Of a stretch of 64,000 bases of DNA, positions 19,209-28,520 are shown piece by piece (the first letter of the stretch is position 1; every line of letters starts with the position of its first letter). The notes beneath the pieces are model-generated. The model saw only the letters and a program-made list of their open reading frames with translations. It ran no database searches and had not been told where the DNA came from. The translations under genes were made by a program, and so were the position numbers. Origin of the DNA: a virus (taxonomy: Duplodnaviria; Heunggongvirae; Uroviricota; Caudoviricetes); the IMG/VR virus record IMGVR_UViG_3300043447_000086. One strand, 5' to 3'.

Positions 19209-19214
19209 AGTATG

Positions 19215-19243
19215 ATTATACCGTGTAAAATCTTGCATGTCAA
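19215..19243 (-). promoter_or_regulatory. Sigma70 promoter
   Basis: TTGACA-17-TATAAT. Confidence 0.85.
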
Positions 19244-19246
19244 CAC

Positions 19247-19621
19247 TTATTTCAAGAATTTTGTGAAATCAGGTGGTGTCCAGCCCTCTGGTTTAAGGAT
19301 TTTACCGTCTTCACGACGACGAACAAGCCCAGTAGTGGGGTCAATCTTGGATAAATTGGATTTTGCGCCCTCATCCCAGATATTTTCACAGTCCCAACCA
19401 CGTGATTTCATATATCCGATGATAACCCACATCATATCGAAGCATGCGTCAATCTCTTCGGTTGTGTCACCAGTGTAAAATGCCTCTAAAAACTCTTGAT
19501 ATTCCTCATCAATCAGTTTTTTATACAATTTTGACTGGTCAGTAGCCCCAATCGGCTTACTTGGCACCTTTTGGCCAACTGCAGTAAGGAAAACTGATAC
19601 GTCTGTGAATGTTTTGCTCAT
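19247..19621 (-). CDS. MazG-like NTP pyrophosphohydrolase (PRA-PH type)
   Basis: LIDEEYQEF, EEIDACFDM, SNLSKI, DGKILKPEGW. Confidence 0.85.
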   Translation of the reverse strand: MSKTFTDVSVFLTAVGQKVPSKPIGATDQSKLYKKLIDEEYQEFLEAFYTGDTTEEIDACFDMMWVIIGYMKSRGWDCENIWDEGAKSNLSKIDPTTGLVRRREDGKILKPEGWTPPDFTKFLK

Positions 19622-19622
19622 T

Positions 19623-19919
19623 TTATTTCCAATCATCATTGTCAAAAGACTGTTTATACTCTTTAATTTCGTTAGTCAGGTTTTCTACCTGTGTTTTTAA
19701 GCGTTGATTTTCTTTCATCAACTCTAAAACAGCCTCATCCTTTTCATCGAACAATTCTAGTTGTTGATTTACCTTAGTTAGATGCCATGATCCGTCTTTT
19801 TGCTCAGTCCAACGGATCGTGTCACCATTTTTCCAACCAACTTCACGCATTAACTCATCAGAAAGTGGTAAAACCAAGTCACCAGTTGTTGAATCTGTCT
19901 CTAACTTAATCGTTGCCAT
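19623..19919 (-). CDS. AbrB/MazE-like domain protein
   Basis: GDLVLPLSDELMREVGWKNGDTIRW. Confidence 0.6.
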   Translation of the reverse strand: MATIKLETDSTTGDLVLPLSDELMREVGWKNGDTIRWTEQKDGSWHLTKVNQQLELFDEKDEAVLELMKENQRLKTQVENLTNEIKEYKQSFDNDDWK

Positions 19920-20250
19920 AATCAATACTCATAAAATCAGTTTGATCTTCGTGCAGACACTCAATAATGACGTCTTCATTATCTTCAGCTTGTTTGTAGA
20001 AAGAATCTAACACACTTGCAGTGTAACCAGAAAGACCATACGCCTTTTTATGACACTCATAAATGCTACCACTGGATCCGTGGAACAAATAGTGGTCACC
20101 GTCTTGTTCAACTCGGGTGACTCCGCTGTTCAATTTCCAACTTGCACCATAAAGATAACTACCAGCCCATCCTGCAAGGATTTTGTAGACAGGTTTATCT
20201 TTATATGTTATCTTGAGCATGACCCAAGTGTCGGGTGTATATGTACTCAT
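19906..20250 (-). CDS. Conserved phage hypothetical protein
   Basis: YTPDTWV...YKILAGWAGSYLYGASWKLNSG. Confidence 0.75.
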   Translation of the reverse strand: MSTYTPDTWVMLKITYKDKPVYKILAGWAGSYLYGASWKLNSGVTRVEQDGDHYLFHGSSGSIYECHKKAYGLSGYTASVLDSFYKQAEDNEDVIIECLHEDQTDFMSIDYGND

Positions 20251-21179
20251 ATTTCAACCACTTTCAATTTAAAAGTATCAGCAATATCTTCGTAACCATC
20301 GTAACCTCGTGGGTTGCAGACAATACGAGTACTACCAATCATATAATCAAACAACTCATGAGTGTGACCATGAGTCCAAAGTTTGATTCCTGGACGATCC
20401 AAGATAAACTCGCTCAAGTCGCTGTGGTATCCACCATTCATAATCTGATCATCCTTGTAACGAGGATGGCAAGAAGTATAAGATGGAGTATGATGGCCAA
20501 CAACTACAATAGACTTCCAAGGAGGCGTGTCTTCGTACACAGTCTTGATGTAACCAAGACACTTTTTGTGTTCTTCAACTGCATCCTCTGGAGAGAATGT
20601 AGCAGGACGAGTCCTAAAAACCGTCTTGACACGTTTTTCTTGAGGTTGTGCAATCCACTCAGCGTCAGTCATACCAACTGGCTTGTCAACAGGTTCAGTT
20701 GTTCTGAAATTAACAACCTTGTTGGAATTCTGAACACAACGGAAGTCGTTCATCATCTTTTTCATCGCATGCAGTGTCAATGGATCTTCTTTGTTCATAT
20801 CAGTCCAAAGAGTAGAGCCAATGAAACGTACATCATCAAGTTCGAATACTTCACGATCCAAGATGTGTAGGTTTTTATGATGAGCAAGTTTACGCTTTAA
20901 TTCGCCGATTGTGTTTTTAAAGTCGCCATGGTAATGCTCATGATTACCAGCAACGTAGATTACATGGGGAAATTGAAAACAAACACGTTGGAAGAATTCG
21001 TGGAAACGAACTGAACGTGCTTGCATAAAACCCATCTCGATCTGACGTCGATCGTACATAGACAGGTCTCGTTCGACAAGGATGTCACCTGACAAGATCA
21101 GTACATCCACATTGTCTTCATTTTTTATATTTAAATCTCCGAACTCCAAGTGGAGGTCAGAGCACACACCAATTTTCAT
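20247..21179 (-). CDS. Calcineurin-like metallophosphoesterase
   Basis: SDLHLE, GD, GNHEHY, GHH, HGHTH, NPRGY. Confidence 0.9.
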   Translation of the reverse strand: MKIGVCSDLHLEFGDLNIKNEDNVDVLILSGDILVERDLSMYDRRQIEMGFMQARSVRFHEFFQRVCFQFPHVIYVAGNHEHYHGDFKNTIGELKRKLAHHKNLHILDREVFELDDVRFIGSTLWTDMNKEDPLTLHAMKKMMNDFRCVQNSNKVVNFRTTEPVDKPVGMTDAEWIAQPQEKRVKTVFRTRPATFSPEDAVEEHKKCLGYIKTVYEDTPPWKSIVVVGHHTPSYTSCHPRYKDDQIMNGGYHSDLSEFILDRPGIKLWTHGHTHELFDYMIGSTRIVCNPRGYDGYEDIADTFKLKVVEI

Positions 21180-21193
21180 AACAATCTCACATT

Positions 21194-21451
21194 TTAATAT
21201 TGACTAGAAACATCCTTGATAGAATTAACATTGTTCGCAGTGCAGTAGTCTAGCCACAATTGCTTTGCACCCGCCCAGTGGTTGTTGGCTGTGCCGTAAA
21301 CCTTGTAATCGTTAATCATCCCCTCACCATGAGAGACCACAGGTTCGATTATACCCTGTTTATTGTCTGCGTCAAATCCCACAACAACAGTGTTTGTTGC
21401 ACCACTGTTTGTAGTGTATTCGTAAACTTTCCAACCTGTTAAACTCTTCAC
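21194..21451 (-). CDS. Hypothetical protein
   Basis: SD AGGAG upstream. Confidence 0.6.
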   Translation of the reverse strand: MKSLTGWKVYEYTTNSGATNTVVVGFDADNKQGIIEPVVSHGEGMINDYKVYGTANNHWAGAKQLWLDYCTANNVNSIKDVSSQY

Positions 21452-21608
21452 GATGTCTCCTTATCAGATTCTTTATTTAGCCGACCCTTGTAGTACTGAT
21501 AAAGTTTTACCTGATGAGCAAATTGTCTTGGGTGATGCTCTGGGTTAGCTAGAAGTTCACCGTAGTGTTCCTCTAGCTCTGCGTACAGATCCAAGATTTC
21601 TTGTTCAC

Positions 21609-21923
21609 TCATGGTAGGATAATCTGTCCGTCGTTAACATGCTCGATGCCATTGACAATCATATCAGGCTGATCGTCAATCCACACATCAATCTTAATCT
21701 TGTTAGCCCACATATATGCACGCTTGCCTTGCATTGCAGTAAAGTAGCAATGGTCTGCACCAACAACTCGACCGATAGAGCCAAGCACTTGTTCGTCTTG
21801 TGAGTGTGCACGTGCAGTTACGCAATACACCGTATGCCCAAAACTCTTGGCAAGCAGAATAAAATCATTCCACATTGCTGGGTCACGAGTATAGGTGTCA
21901 TCAAAGTCTACGGCGATGTTCAT
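21609..21923 (-). CDS. Minimal HAD-like protein
   Basis: IAVDFDDTY, CVTAR, WIDD. Confidence 0.75.
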   Translation of the reverse strand: MNIAVDFDDTYTRDPAMWNDFILLAKSFGHTVYCVTARAHSQDEQVLGSIGRVVGADHCYFTAMQGKRAYMWANKIKIDVWIDDQPDMIVNGIEHVNDGQIILP

Positions 21924-22038
21924 TTTTCTTCCAAGTTGAGTGGTGTCCCCGATCAAGGATAACACCGTACCAAATCATTTCTAGCGCCACGCTGATCTGA
22001 CGACGAGCATGTGTCCAGTAATACTTTCTATAAGTCAT

Positions 22039-22067
22039 ATTATACTCCAGCGGGGCGCAATAGTCAA
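22039..22067 (-). promoter_or_regulatory. Sigma70 promoter
   Basis: TTGACT-17-TATAAT. Confidence 0.8.
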
Positions 22068-22070
22068 GCA

Positions 22071-22271
22071 CTATCCGCCATAATACTTAATAACAGTCTC
22101 CAGTGAGGGAATCAGATTAATCTTGGAATTGTGATAATCCTCTGGGTGCATATAAGAACCCACCGTCTCATGATCCTGCACTTCTTTTTGCAAGTACTGA
22201 AGGTGTTGTTGCAGTGAAGCAAGAGTAATCCTGTCTGCAACTTCGTAGTCTAATTCAATTCCGCTGGCCAT
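22071..22271 (-). CDS. Hypothetical protein
   Basis: IELDYEVADRITLASL motif; start re-called. Confidence 0.65.
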   Translation of the reverse strand: MASGIELDYEVADRITLASLQQHLQYLQKEVQDHETVGSYMHPEDYHNSKINLIPSLETVIKYYGG

Positions 22272-22321
22272 TTGTGTTCCCCTTAAAAATTCACCCAGTA
22301 GTCCCCGCACTATTCCACGTC

Positions 22322-22663
22322 TCATCTTGATACTCTCAATTCTGCCTCAGGATTATCCCAACAGGCGTTACGGTACTTGTAAACAAAGTCGACCAAACCT
22401 TCATAGTTACCCCAGCCATTTTCTGGATTATATTTCCGATACGTCTCGGGTTCAGCCAACAGAATATTGAATCCCTCGTCTAGCAGTTCGGAGATATCCC
22501 TAGCCAAAACATACCCACATTCTTCTGGTCGCCACAGAATCTGATAAAGAGTATTCCCGTCACTTAGGATGACCGCATTAGCCATTTTGCCCAGATTATG
22601 TGTAATATTCTTGGAGAAAACACTGGTGGGTTGCACCACCATTAAATCTACATCAAGACTCAT
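22322..22663 (-). CDS. Conserved phage hypothetical protein
   Basis: NITHNL..MA, YNPENGWGNYEG. Confidence 0.75.
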   Translation of the reverse strand: MSLDVDLMVVQPTSVFSKNITHNLGKMANAVILSDGNTLYQILWRPEECGYVLARDISELLDEGFNILLAEPETYRKYNPENGWGNYEGLVDFVYKYRNACWDNPEAELRVSR

Positions 22664-22758
22664 ATTGTCGCTCCCTAATGTCTCGTTTCTGTGCCTTGCG
22701 TTCGGTCTTCCAAAAGAATCGTTTAAATTCTTTCAGGTGTTTCCACCACTGTGGAGCC

Positions 22759-22950
22759 TTAGTTAAGTTTCCTTGCTTCACGTTCGCCATATTCACTCTC
22801 CAATAATTCTACTAACCTATTTACTCGCTGCAGCAACTCTAGCTGAGCACGCAACACTACACCGTCCCATTCTTGTCTAGAGATAAAGAACTCACCGTCC
22901 GAGGAGTCCCTAGAATCCGACATCTCAACTTTACTGCGATAACCCGTCAT
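22759..22950 (-). CDS. Hypothetical protein
   Basis: ATGA overlap with the HNH gene. Confidence 0.5.
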   Translation of the reverse strand: MTGYRSKVEMSDSRDSSDGEFFISRQEWDGVVLRAQLELLQRVNRLVELLESEYGEREARKLN

Positions 22951-23366
22951 ACAGCCCCCTTGTGAACTTGATACGCACGTGCATTACCGATAAATGTAAC
23001 CCACTCTAGATTAGAAAGTGAGCAGTTGTACTTGTCGTGGTCAATGTGATTGACCAAGTACATAGACTTTACCAGTCTCTTAACAGATTCTGGTGTATTC
23101 TTCCACTCTGCTCTAGAGATACCTGAGGGTCTAGGAAACGGCAAGAGAGTCTCTGCAAGAACTTTGTGAATCTTAGCACTAACCGCCGCACCATCGATAC
23201 GAAACACCATCTGTGGATACGTAGACTTACCTGAGGTGGGTATAGAAATACGCCACCATCGACCATTTTTAAGTGACCAAATACTTTCGCTCTCAGGACA
23301 CACATAGTATCCCCGCATCTCATTACCTTGAAAGATAGCAGGTACAAATTTATCAAACATAGTCAT
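22947..23366 (-). CDS. HNH endonuclease
   Basis: IHKVLAETL...VNHIDHDKYNCSLSNLEWVT. Confidence 0.8.
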   Translation of the reverse strand: MTMFDKFVPAIFQGNEMRGYYVCPESESIWSLKNGRWWRISIPTSGKSTYPQMVFRIDGAAVSAKIHKVLAETLLPFPRPSGISRAEWKNTPESVKRLVKSMYLVNHIDHDKYNCSLSNLEWVTFIGNARAYQVHKGAV

Positions 23367-23375
23367 AGGAGTCCC

Positions 23376-23615
23376 TTAATGTTCAATACTGTTGGTAACA
23401 GAATAGTGCCCGATCTCGATATTAAAATCGTGCTTTAGTCTATACCGTACAATGTCCGAGGGAACAGAAATTTTACCGTAGGAGTCCCTGGGAACATAGA
23501 AAGTTGCAGCAAGTTTTCCAGAGAGATATCCCTCGAAAAGTTCGCATTTAACCATGTTTTCTTTTAGTGTAAAAACCATTGTTCCATGGTCTATTATAGT
23601 TACTTTCTTTTTCAT
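23376..23615 (-). CDS. Hypothetical protein
   Basis: 79-aa ORF flanked by repeats. Confidence 0.5.
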   Translation of the reverse strand: MKKKVTIIDHGTMVFTLKENMVKCELFEGYLSGKLAATFYVPRDSYGKISVPSDIVRYRLKHDFNIEIGHYSVTNSIEH

Positions 23616-23776
23616 AAGGAGTCCCGTGTGTTAGTAGGAGTCCCTGAGTTTAATCTCAGGAGTCCCGTGTTGCAAGAATAGAGTCTCTAAAAATAGAGTC
23701 TCGGTGCTTATAGCCTTTTTCCTAGAGCGGTAGGAGTCCCTTCAATACAGATTTCTGTATAGGGGGATCCCCCTCT

Positions 23777-23935
23777 TCAATCTACCAAGATACCCATTAT
23801 ATCCTCGAATAGCTCAAAAAGCTCAATATCAGGCATCTCATCTAGCTCATCCTCAAAAACACCATATTCAGAAATAAGTGTGCTTTCATCTACAGCATAC
23901 AGGATTCGTTCAACAATCAGTTCACGGAGATTCAT
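23777..23935 (-). CDS. Small acidic protein
   Basis: MNLRELIVERIL; start re-called. Confidence 0.55.
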   Translation of the reverse strand: MNLRELIVERILYAVDESTLISEYGVFEDELDEMPDIELFELFEDIMGILVD

Positions 23936-24126
23936 TTTGTACCCCTCAGACCCATAGCACGAACGCCACTCCACATAACAGCAAGCCCAACCAACGCAAG
24001 CGCCATGCAAGGTAGAATGGGGTTATTATTATCCAAGCCACCAACTGCCCCGTAGCAAAGAAGGAAGCCAACACCAGCACGAATACTACCAACCATAATA
24101 TAAACTCCATTTCAGTTTGTAGACGT

Positions 24127-24188
24127 ATTATACTCTAGTGGTCTAGGATAGACAAGGGTCTAGAGTAGATACCCCTCCCCCTTAAAGG
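24127..24188 (-). promoter_or_regulatory. Sigma70 promoter with degenerate upstream palindrome
   Basis: TTGTCT-17-TATAAT; CCCCTC at 24172. Confidence 0.65.
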
Positions 24189-24391
24189 GTCTTTCTAGGA
24201 TAGCCAGTAGCGAATCCAGAGGTGCCACCTTGGAAGCCACGAGAAGACTTTGCAGCCATCTTTTGCTTGGTGCGACCACGTGTCTTCTTGGCAGGAATCA
24301 CTTGGATCTGTCCACCTGCAGCCAGGAATTGTTGCAGAGCCTCGGAGGTCTCGGCACGTTGCTCCGACTTGGGTTTGTAGATGGTGTTCAT
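24182..24391 (-). CDS. Small basic hypothetical protein
   Basis: QQFLAAGGQIQVIPAKK motif. Confidence 0.65.
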   Translation of the reverse strand: MNTIYKPKSEQRAETSEALQQFLAAGGQIQVIPAKKTRGRTKQKMAAKSSRGFQGGTSGFATGYPRKTL

Positions 24392-24400
24392 TTTATATCC

Positions 24401-24595
24401 TTAGAGAAAATCGTAAGAGGTTTCAGCGCCACACTTGCCGAATGCAAGAGCAGCAGTCACACGGTCACACAACTCGAAAAACACATCAGTTGCAATCTTC
24501 GAATCAGTGGTCTTCAAGAACAAGGTGCCATTGAAGAAGTAAGCGGGAGTGTCGGTCACACTCTTAACTACAGTCAGGACGTTCGATTCATTCAT
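24401..24595 (-). CDS. Hypothetical protein
   Basis: SD AGGAG, behind promoter. Confidence 0.65.
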   Translation of the reverse strand: MNESNVLTVVKSVTDTPAYFFNGTLFLKTTDSKIATDVFFELCDRVTAALAFGKCGAETSYDFL

Positions 24596-24620
24596 TTCAT
24601 TCTCCTAATCAACTGTAGTT

Positions 24621-24680
24621 ATTCTACCGCAACTTGCAAAAAAGTCAAGGGGTATCTGGATGACCCCCAGACTTGTAAGG
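24621..24680 (-). promoter_or_regulatory. Sigma70 promoter with upstream palindrome
   Basis: TTGACT-16-TAGAAT; CCCCCA-N5-GTAAGG at 24664-24680. Confidence 0.75.
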
Positions 24681-24887
24681 TTATTCGATGGTCGCCAGTC
24701 GAGCCTTGAGAGATTCCAGCTGGCGAATCACTTCGGCTTGCTTGTGTTTCGGCAGGTCTGCTACGATGTCTGCAATCATCACGCTAAATGCACCCAAGGT
24801 GTAGTGAGCACGATTGTTGTAGCCATTGCTCAGTTCAGTCACATCACACACTGCAGTACGCATCTCGCCGTAGGTCATCTTTTTCAT
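24681..24887 (-). CDS. Hypothetical protein
   Basis: SD AAAGGA; start re-called. Confidence 0.6.
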   Translation of the reverse strand: MKKMTYGEMRTAVCDVTELSNGYNNRAHYTLGAFSVMIADIVADLPKHKQAEVIRQLESLKARLATIE

Positions 24888-24913
24888 CACGTTTCCTTTC
24901 AAACTATGAGTCT

Positions 24914-24965
24914 ATTATACCACAGGATTGCAAGTCTGGGCAGAATAACCCTACGGAGTGTAGGG
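24914..24965 (-). promoter_or_regulatory. -10 element with palindrome and no clear -35
   Basis: TATAAT at 24914-24919; CCCTAC-N5-GTAGGG at 24949-24965. Confidence 0.55.
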
Positions 24966-24983
24966 TCATCCAGAAGTAACACT

Positions 24984-25898
24984 TTAGTTTGTAAGGATGT
25001 AAGTGGCCAGATCCTTGAAGTCTTTAGGATTCGAGGCACGAATCTTGGCTACGGAGATGAGTGTACGCAGGGAGATCTCAGAACACTGATCTTTGACTTC
25101 ACGAATCAGAGCCAGTGCATCCTGCTTGATCTTTGCGTCATACTCAGGCAGGAATTCAGCAGACTTGGAGATGGTTTCCATACGGTCAATCTTCTGGTCG
25201 AGGGTCATCTCGAGATCAATCAGCATCGAACGAGAGCGGATGGCTTGGTCGATACGAGACTGGTCCATGTTCGAGATGAAGATGACTCGACCTTCGAAGT
25301 TGAAAGAGCGAGGCAAGTCTTCGTCACGCATGTCGGCATTCCAAGAGATGATGCGCTTGCCGTAAGAGTCCAGTGCACCTTTGAGCAGGTTCAGAGCCAC
25401 GGGATCCTTGAGCACTGCATCGCAGTCGTCGAACACAATCACAGACTTTTGGTTCTCGAACAGGGTACGATACAAACCCTTGGCAGTCGAGAAACCCTTG
25501 ACAGTGGTGAAACACTTGCGAGTATTGATCACAGAGCCAACTTGGAATTCAGCCAAGTCTGAGATGTCCTTGTAGCCATTCGACTCGAGAGTCTTGGTGA
25601 CTGTGTAAGTCTTGCCCAGACCACCACTGCCAGTGATCACGGCAGAAGGCTGAACACCAGTAGCAACCATGGTCACCAGTTTCTCGACGAAAGAGAATCG
25701 CTCATCGATAGAGAATCGGTTGGACTTTTCGACTGCAGCAGCCACTGCCACTTCGATGTCGCCGACCATGGCTTTGACCTTGCGCTCGACGTAAGCCTTG
25801 CTGTAAGACTTGATAGTCTTAGAGCCCACTTTGGCCATGTAGTTGCCAGACTTGGCATCGAAAGAAACAGCAGTCACTTGAGTCATATTCATCTCCAA
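24984..25898 (-). CDS. AAA+ family ATPase
   Basis: Walker A GSGGLGKT, Walker B VIVFDDCD, VIFISN, AIRSRS. Confidence 0.8.
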   Translation of the reverse strand: MEMNMTQVTAVSFDAKSGNYMAKVGSKTIKSYSKAYVERKVKAMVGDIEVAVAAAVEKSNRFSIDERFSFVEKLVTMVATGVQPSAVITGSGGLGKTYTVTKTLESNGYKDISDLAEFQVGSVINTRKCFTTVKGFSTAKGLYRTLFENQKSVIVFDDCDAVLKDPVALNLLKGALDSYGKRIISWNADMRDEDLPRSFNFEGRVIFISNMDQSRIDQAIRSRSMLIDLEMTLDQKIDRMETISKSAEFLPEYDAKIKQDALALIREVKDQCSEISLRTLISVAKIRASNPKDFKDLATYILTN

Positions 25899-25925
25899 AA
25901 AACAATCTCATTCACAATAGAGAGA

Positions 25926-26018
25926 ATTCTACTCTTCTCTGCAAGAAAGTCAACAGGTTTCTGCTCCATCTGTAAGTTGTTGATTTTACACGGAAAAATA
26001 ACCCTCAGGTCTGTAGGG
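25926..26018 (-). promoter_or_regulatory. Sigma70 promoter with more distal palindrome
   Basis: TTGACT-16-TAGAAT; CCCTCA-N5-GTAGGG at 26002-26018. Confidence 0.75.
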
Positions 26019-26289
26019 CTTTTCTGAATTCCTCCATAGTGAACGTCTTACCTCTCCACCACTTTCCAGCTGGATTCATGACAGTCACTGTGTTCTTAGT
26101 GACTTTCACCCATAGAGAGCCATTCTGTCTCGGAGCATTCGGGATACAGTAGATCATGCAGTCATCTCCCTCTCTAGTCTCTCGTAGTGGTGGAGCAGTC
26201 CGAGGATGAGATTCCAGTCTCGAGATGGTCCACAGTTCAGGTGTCGTCTGTAGTAGGCGACTTGACTTTTTACGAATTCTAAGGACATC

Positions 26290-27027
26290 TTAGGCTGCTT
26301 TCAAGAGGATGGTAGGGTACTTGACGAATCCAGAAGTATCCTTCTTGGCTCGACCCTTGGCGTAGAGTCCAACGACCACACCACGTGGGTCCAAGAATCG
26401 CAGGTCACTCTCGTCTCCATTGAAGACTGTACGACCATTGTACGACTGGGGCATGGGCTCTGTCTTCTTGAGTCCAAACACAGTGGCCACATTCATCCCT
26501 TGCTGGATGGCTTTCAGAACATCCGCATCATTGCCGTCAGCAGCGGAGAATGTAAGGTGGTAGTTAGGGATGTGCGCAACTTTGCGACCAAGGATTTTAG
26601 TGTAGTCATAGAATTGTACGTCAGGGAACAGTTGAAAGATGTTTTTGCCATCTGCGACTTCGTACTTCTCCCAAGCCAAGTCACTGGTGCCATTCAGGCG
26701 AAACACTGGGGTCATACCACTCTTGGCAGACAGCTTGATTGCATTCTTGATCTCACGCACCAGCTGCTCGAAGAATGCAGCACGATTCTCAAAGAACAGG
26801 CGAGTGCGAGTCTTACGTGCCTCTTGGACGATGTTCGTCGTCTCACCCTTCTTGAACATTCCACCGTGACCAGCAGTGTTCAGACAGGCGGCAGTGCAGC
26901 CAGCAGTGCGCTTGGGGCAGGTTTCGTAGCCAGAGACATTGGCAGGAGACAGGTGCAGGATAAAGGTATTGTAACCCTGGGATTGACCCTTCAAGACTTT
27001 GGGATTCGCAGTGCTCAGCAGTTTCAT
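26290..27027 (-). CDS. GP88-family phage protein
   Basis: CPKRTAGCTAACL, VFRLNGTSDLAWE, FYDYTK, NYHLTFS, GDESDLRFLDP. Confidence 0.8.
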   Translation of the reverse strand: MKLLSTANPKVLKGQSQGYNTFILHLSPANVSGYETCPKRTAGCTAACLNTAGHGGMFKKGETTNIVQEARKTRTRLFFENRAAFFEQLVREIKNAIKLSAKSGMTPVFRLNGTSDLAWEKYEVADGKNIFQLFPDVQFYDYTKILGRKVAHIPNYHLTFSAADGNDADVLKAIQQGMNVATVFGLKKTEPMPQSYNGRTVFNGDESDLRFLDPRGVVVGLYAKGRAKKDTSGFVKYPTILLKAA

Positions 27028-27052
27028 AGTGTTCTCCGATTCAGTAAGACAA

Positions 27053-27100
27053 ATTCTACATCAATCTTGCAAATCCGTCAAGCCCCCAGCGCCAGCAGGG
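27053..27100 (-). promoter_or_regulatory. Sigma70 promoter with adjacent palindrome variant
   Basis: TTGACG-17-TAGAAT; CCCCAG-N5-GCAGGG at 27084-27100. Confidence 0.75.
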
Positions 27101-27367
27101 TTATCGCAGCGACGCACGCAACTGGAACAATTCCTCTTCCATTTTTTGAATTCGGTCAAGGGTTTCTTCTTCTTCCATCTGCATCGGGGCGCAAACCTGC
27201 ATATGGATGTCCTCGATAAAATCCGTTAGCTTACTAAATTCCTCGCTAACCGAATCGTGCTCAGCCAATTCTAGCTCACGGATGGCGTGTAGGGCTGCTT
27301 CGGCTTTCTCGAGATGGCTCAGGGCAACCAGAAATTGGCTCGAGACACGGTCACTTTTCATCAGCAT
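27101..27367 (-). CDS. Small acidic coiled-coil protein
   Basis: SD AAAGGA; behind promoter. Confidence 0.55.
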   Translation of the reverse strand: MLMKSDRVSSQFLVALSHLEKAEAALHAIRELELAEHDSVSEEFSKLTDFIEDIHMQVCAPMQMEEEETLDRIQKMEEELFQLRASLR

Positions 27368-27393
27368 TTTTGTTCCTTTCAAACTATGGCTCT

Positions 27394-27454
27394 ATTCTAC
27401 GCCCAAGTTGCAGATCCGTCAACAAGTATTTGGATAACCCCACCATCGGTGGGG
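27394..27454 (-). promoter_or_regulatory. Sigma70 promoter with upstream palindrome
   Basis: TTGACG-17-TAGAAT; CCCCAC-N5-GTGGGG at 27438-27454. Confidence 0.8.
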
Positions 27455-27460
27455 CTTGAC

Positions 27461-27745
27461 TTATTCCTCGAGTTGGGCTAGTTCAGCCTTGAGTTGGGCG
27501 ATACGTTTTTCAACTTCAGTTTCGCTGGGCAACTCACGGATATTTTCGCAAACGTCAACGCAATCAAAAGTACCATCAACGTCAAACTCATAAAGCTCAG
27601 CGGTATCGCCATCGATAATGACGCAAATTTTATCGGTTTCAGCGATGAGCGGCACTGGGCTTGACACGCCTGCAAACCCGTAGTAGTCGGTTTTGGTAAA
27701 CGGACGGAAAGTCAGCGACGAGAGGAGACGACGAGAAATTTTCAT
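27461..27745 (-). CDS. Hypothetical protein
   Basis: LTFRPFTKTDYYGFAGV; SD AAAGG. Confidence 0.7.
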   Translation of the reverse strand: MKISRRLLSSLTFRPFTKTDYYGFAGVSSPVPLIAETDKICVIIDGDTAELYEFDVDGTFDCVDVCENIRELPSETEVEKRIAQLKAELAQLEE

Positions 27746-27772
27746 AAAACACCTTTCTTCAAACGATAACCT

Positions 27773-27832
27773 ATTATGGCTCAAAGTTGCAAACCCGTCA
27801 ACAACTTTTTGGATTCCCTACCACAGCTTGGG
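27773..27832 (-). promoter_or_regulatory. Sigma70 promoter with degenerate palindrome
   Basis: TTGACG-17-CATAAT; CCCTAC at 27816. Confidence 0.7.
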
Positions 27833-27949
27833 GTCTTCCAGAAAAGCCTTGTCTATCCAGTCGGTTGTAGTAGAATAGACTCATTGATTCGAAGAGCGGT
27901 ACTCGGGATGGACGTGGAGGCTGCTCGTCTGGTTTTTGTGGAGAGAAAA

Positions 27950-28520
27950 GAAAAAGATAACCCCACCAGACGTAAGGTTATCCAAAAGTCAAATTGATTA
28001 TGCCAATTGATTCAACAGTCTCGATTGAGAGAGACAATCGATACCTGCCGATTGAATCTGTCAATGGGCTTGGAGAGACCGATTGAAGACGACAATCGGT
28101 TAGCAAGTGCTTACTTACTTGATGTGGTAAGCGAGTACTTACTTACCAAAATCGAAGTAACTACTTACTTACTGCGGAAAATAGTGGTTTTTCAGAGCCG
28201 ACTGGAGTTTTAAGGCAGCTAGTGCAGTCTCAAAATCAGGGGCGTCTAAAGTTAAATCCGCTAAAAATTCCAAAAGTTCGGAAAGCTCGATATAGTCCAT
28301 AGCGTATCCTTTATCATCCATTACTCCGTTATTATGCCCCAGAGTCAAATAAAAGTCAAGTCTATTTTGCAATATTGCACACTTGACGCACGGTGGGATT
28401 TAGGCTATACGCACACGGATCGCACCTAGTCCGACACAGGCGACGCACAAAGTTTCGGACATAGTCCCGCACAGGTTCGCACATAGGTACGGACATAGTG
28501 GGCGCACATAGTGGTGCACT
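27950..28520. repeat. Largely non-coding region with short repeats
   Basis: CGATTGA x3 with inverted CAATCG; TACTTACTT x3; GCACA/GACATAG cluster at 28385-28530. Confidence 0.55.
28169..28321 (-). CDS. Small acidic protein
   Basis: Behind TTGACT-17-CATAAT (28331-28359). Confidence 0.45.
   Translation of the reverse strand: MDDKGYAMDYIELSELLEFLADLTLDAPDFETALAALKLQSALKNHYFPQ

Larger units (their letters stand above)
22902..23740 (+). repeat. Dispersed AGGAGTCCC repeats (7) plus ATAGAGTCTC (2)
   Basis: Copies at 22902, 23367, 23480, 23617, 23636, 23658, 23732; variants at 23678 and 23693. Confidence 0.85.

Noticed and set aside
24660-25562. 300-aa plus-strand ORF (also 38561-39445 and other antisense ORFs in the track)
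   Set aside because: Antisense shadows of well-supported minus-strand genes with biased codon usage; no SD or motifs
25971-25990. TGTAAGTTGTTGATTTTACA as an att or recombination site
   Set aside because: Single copy with a weak palindrome; no integrase in the window
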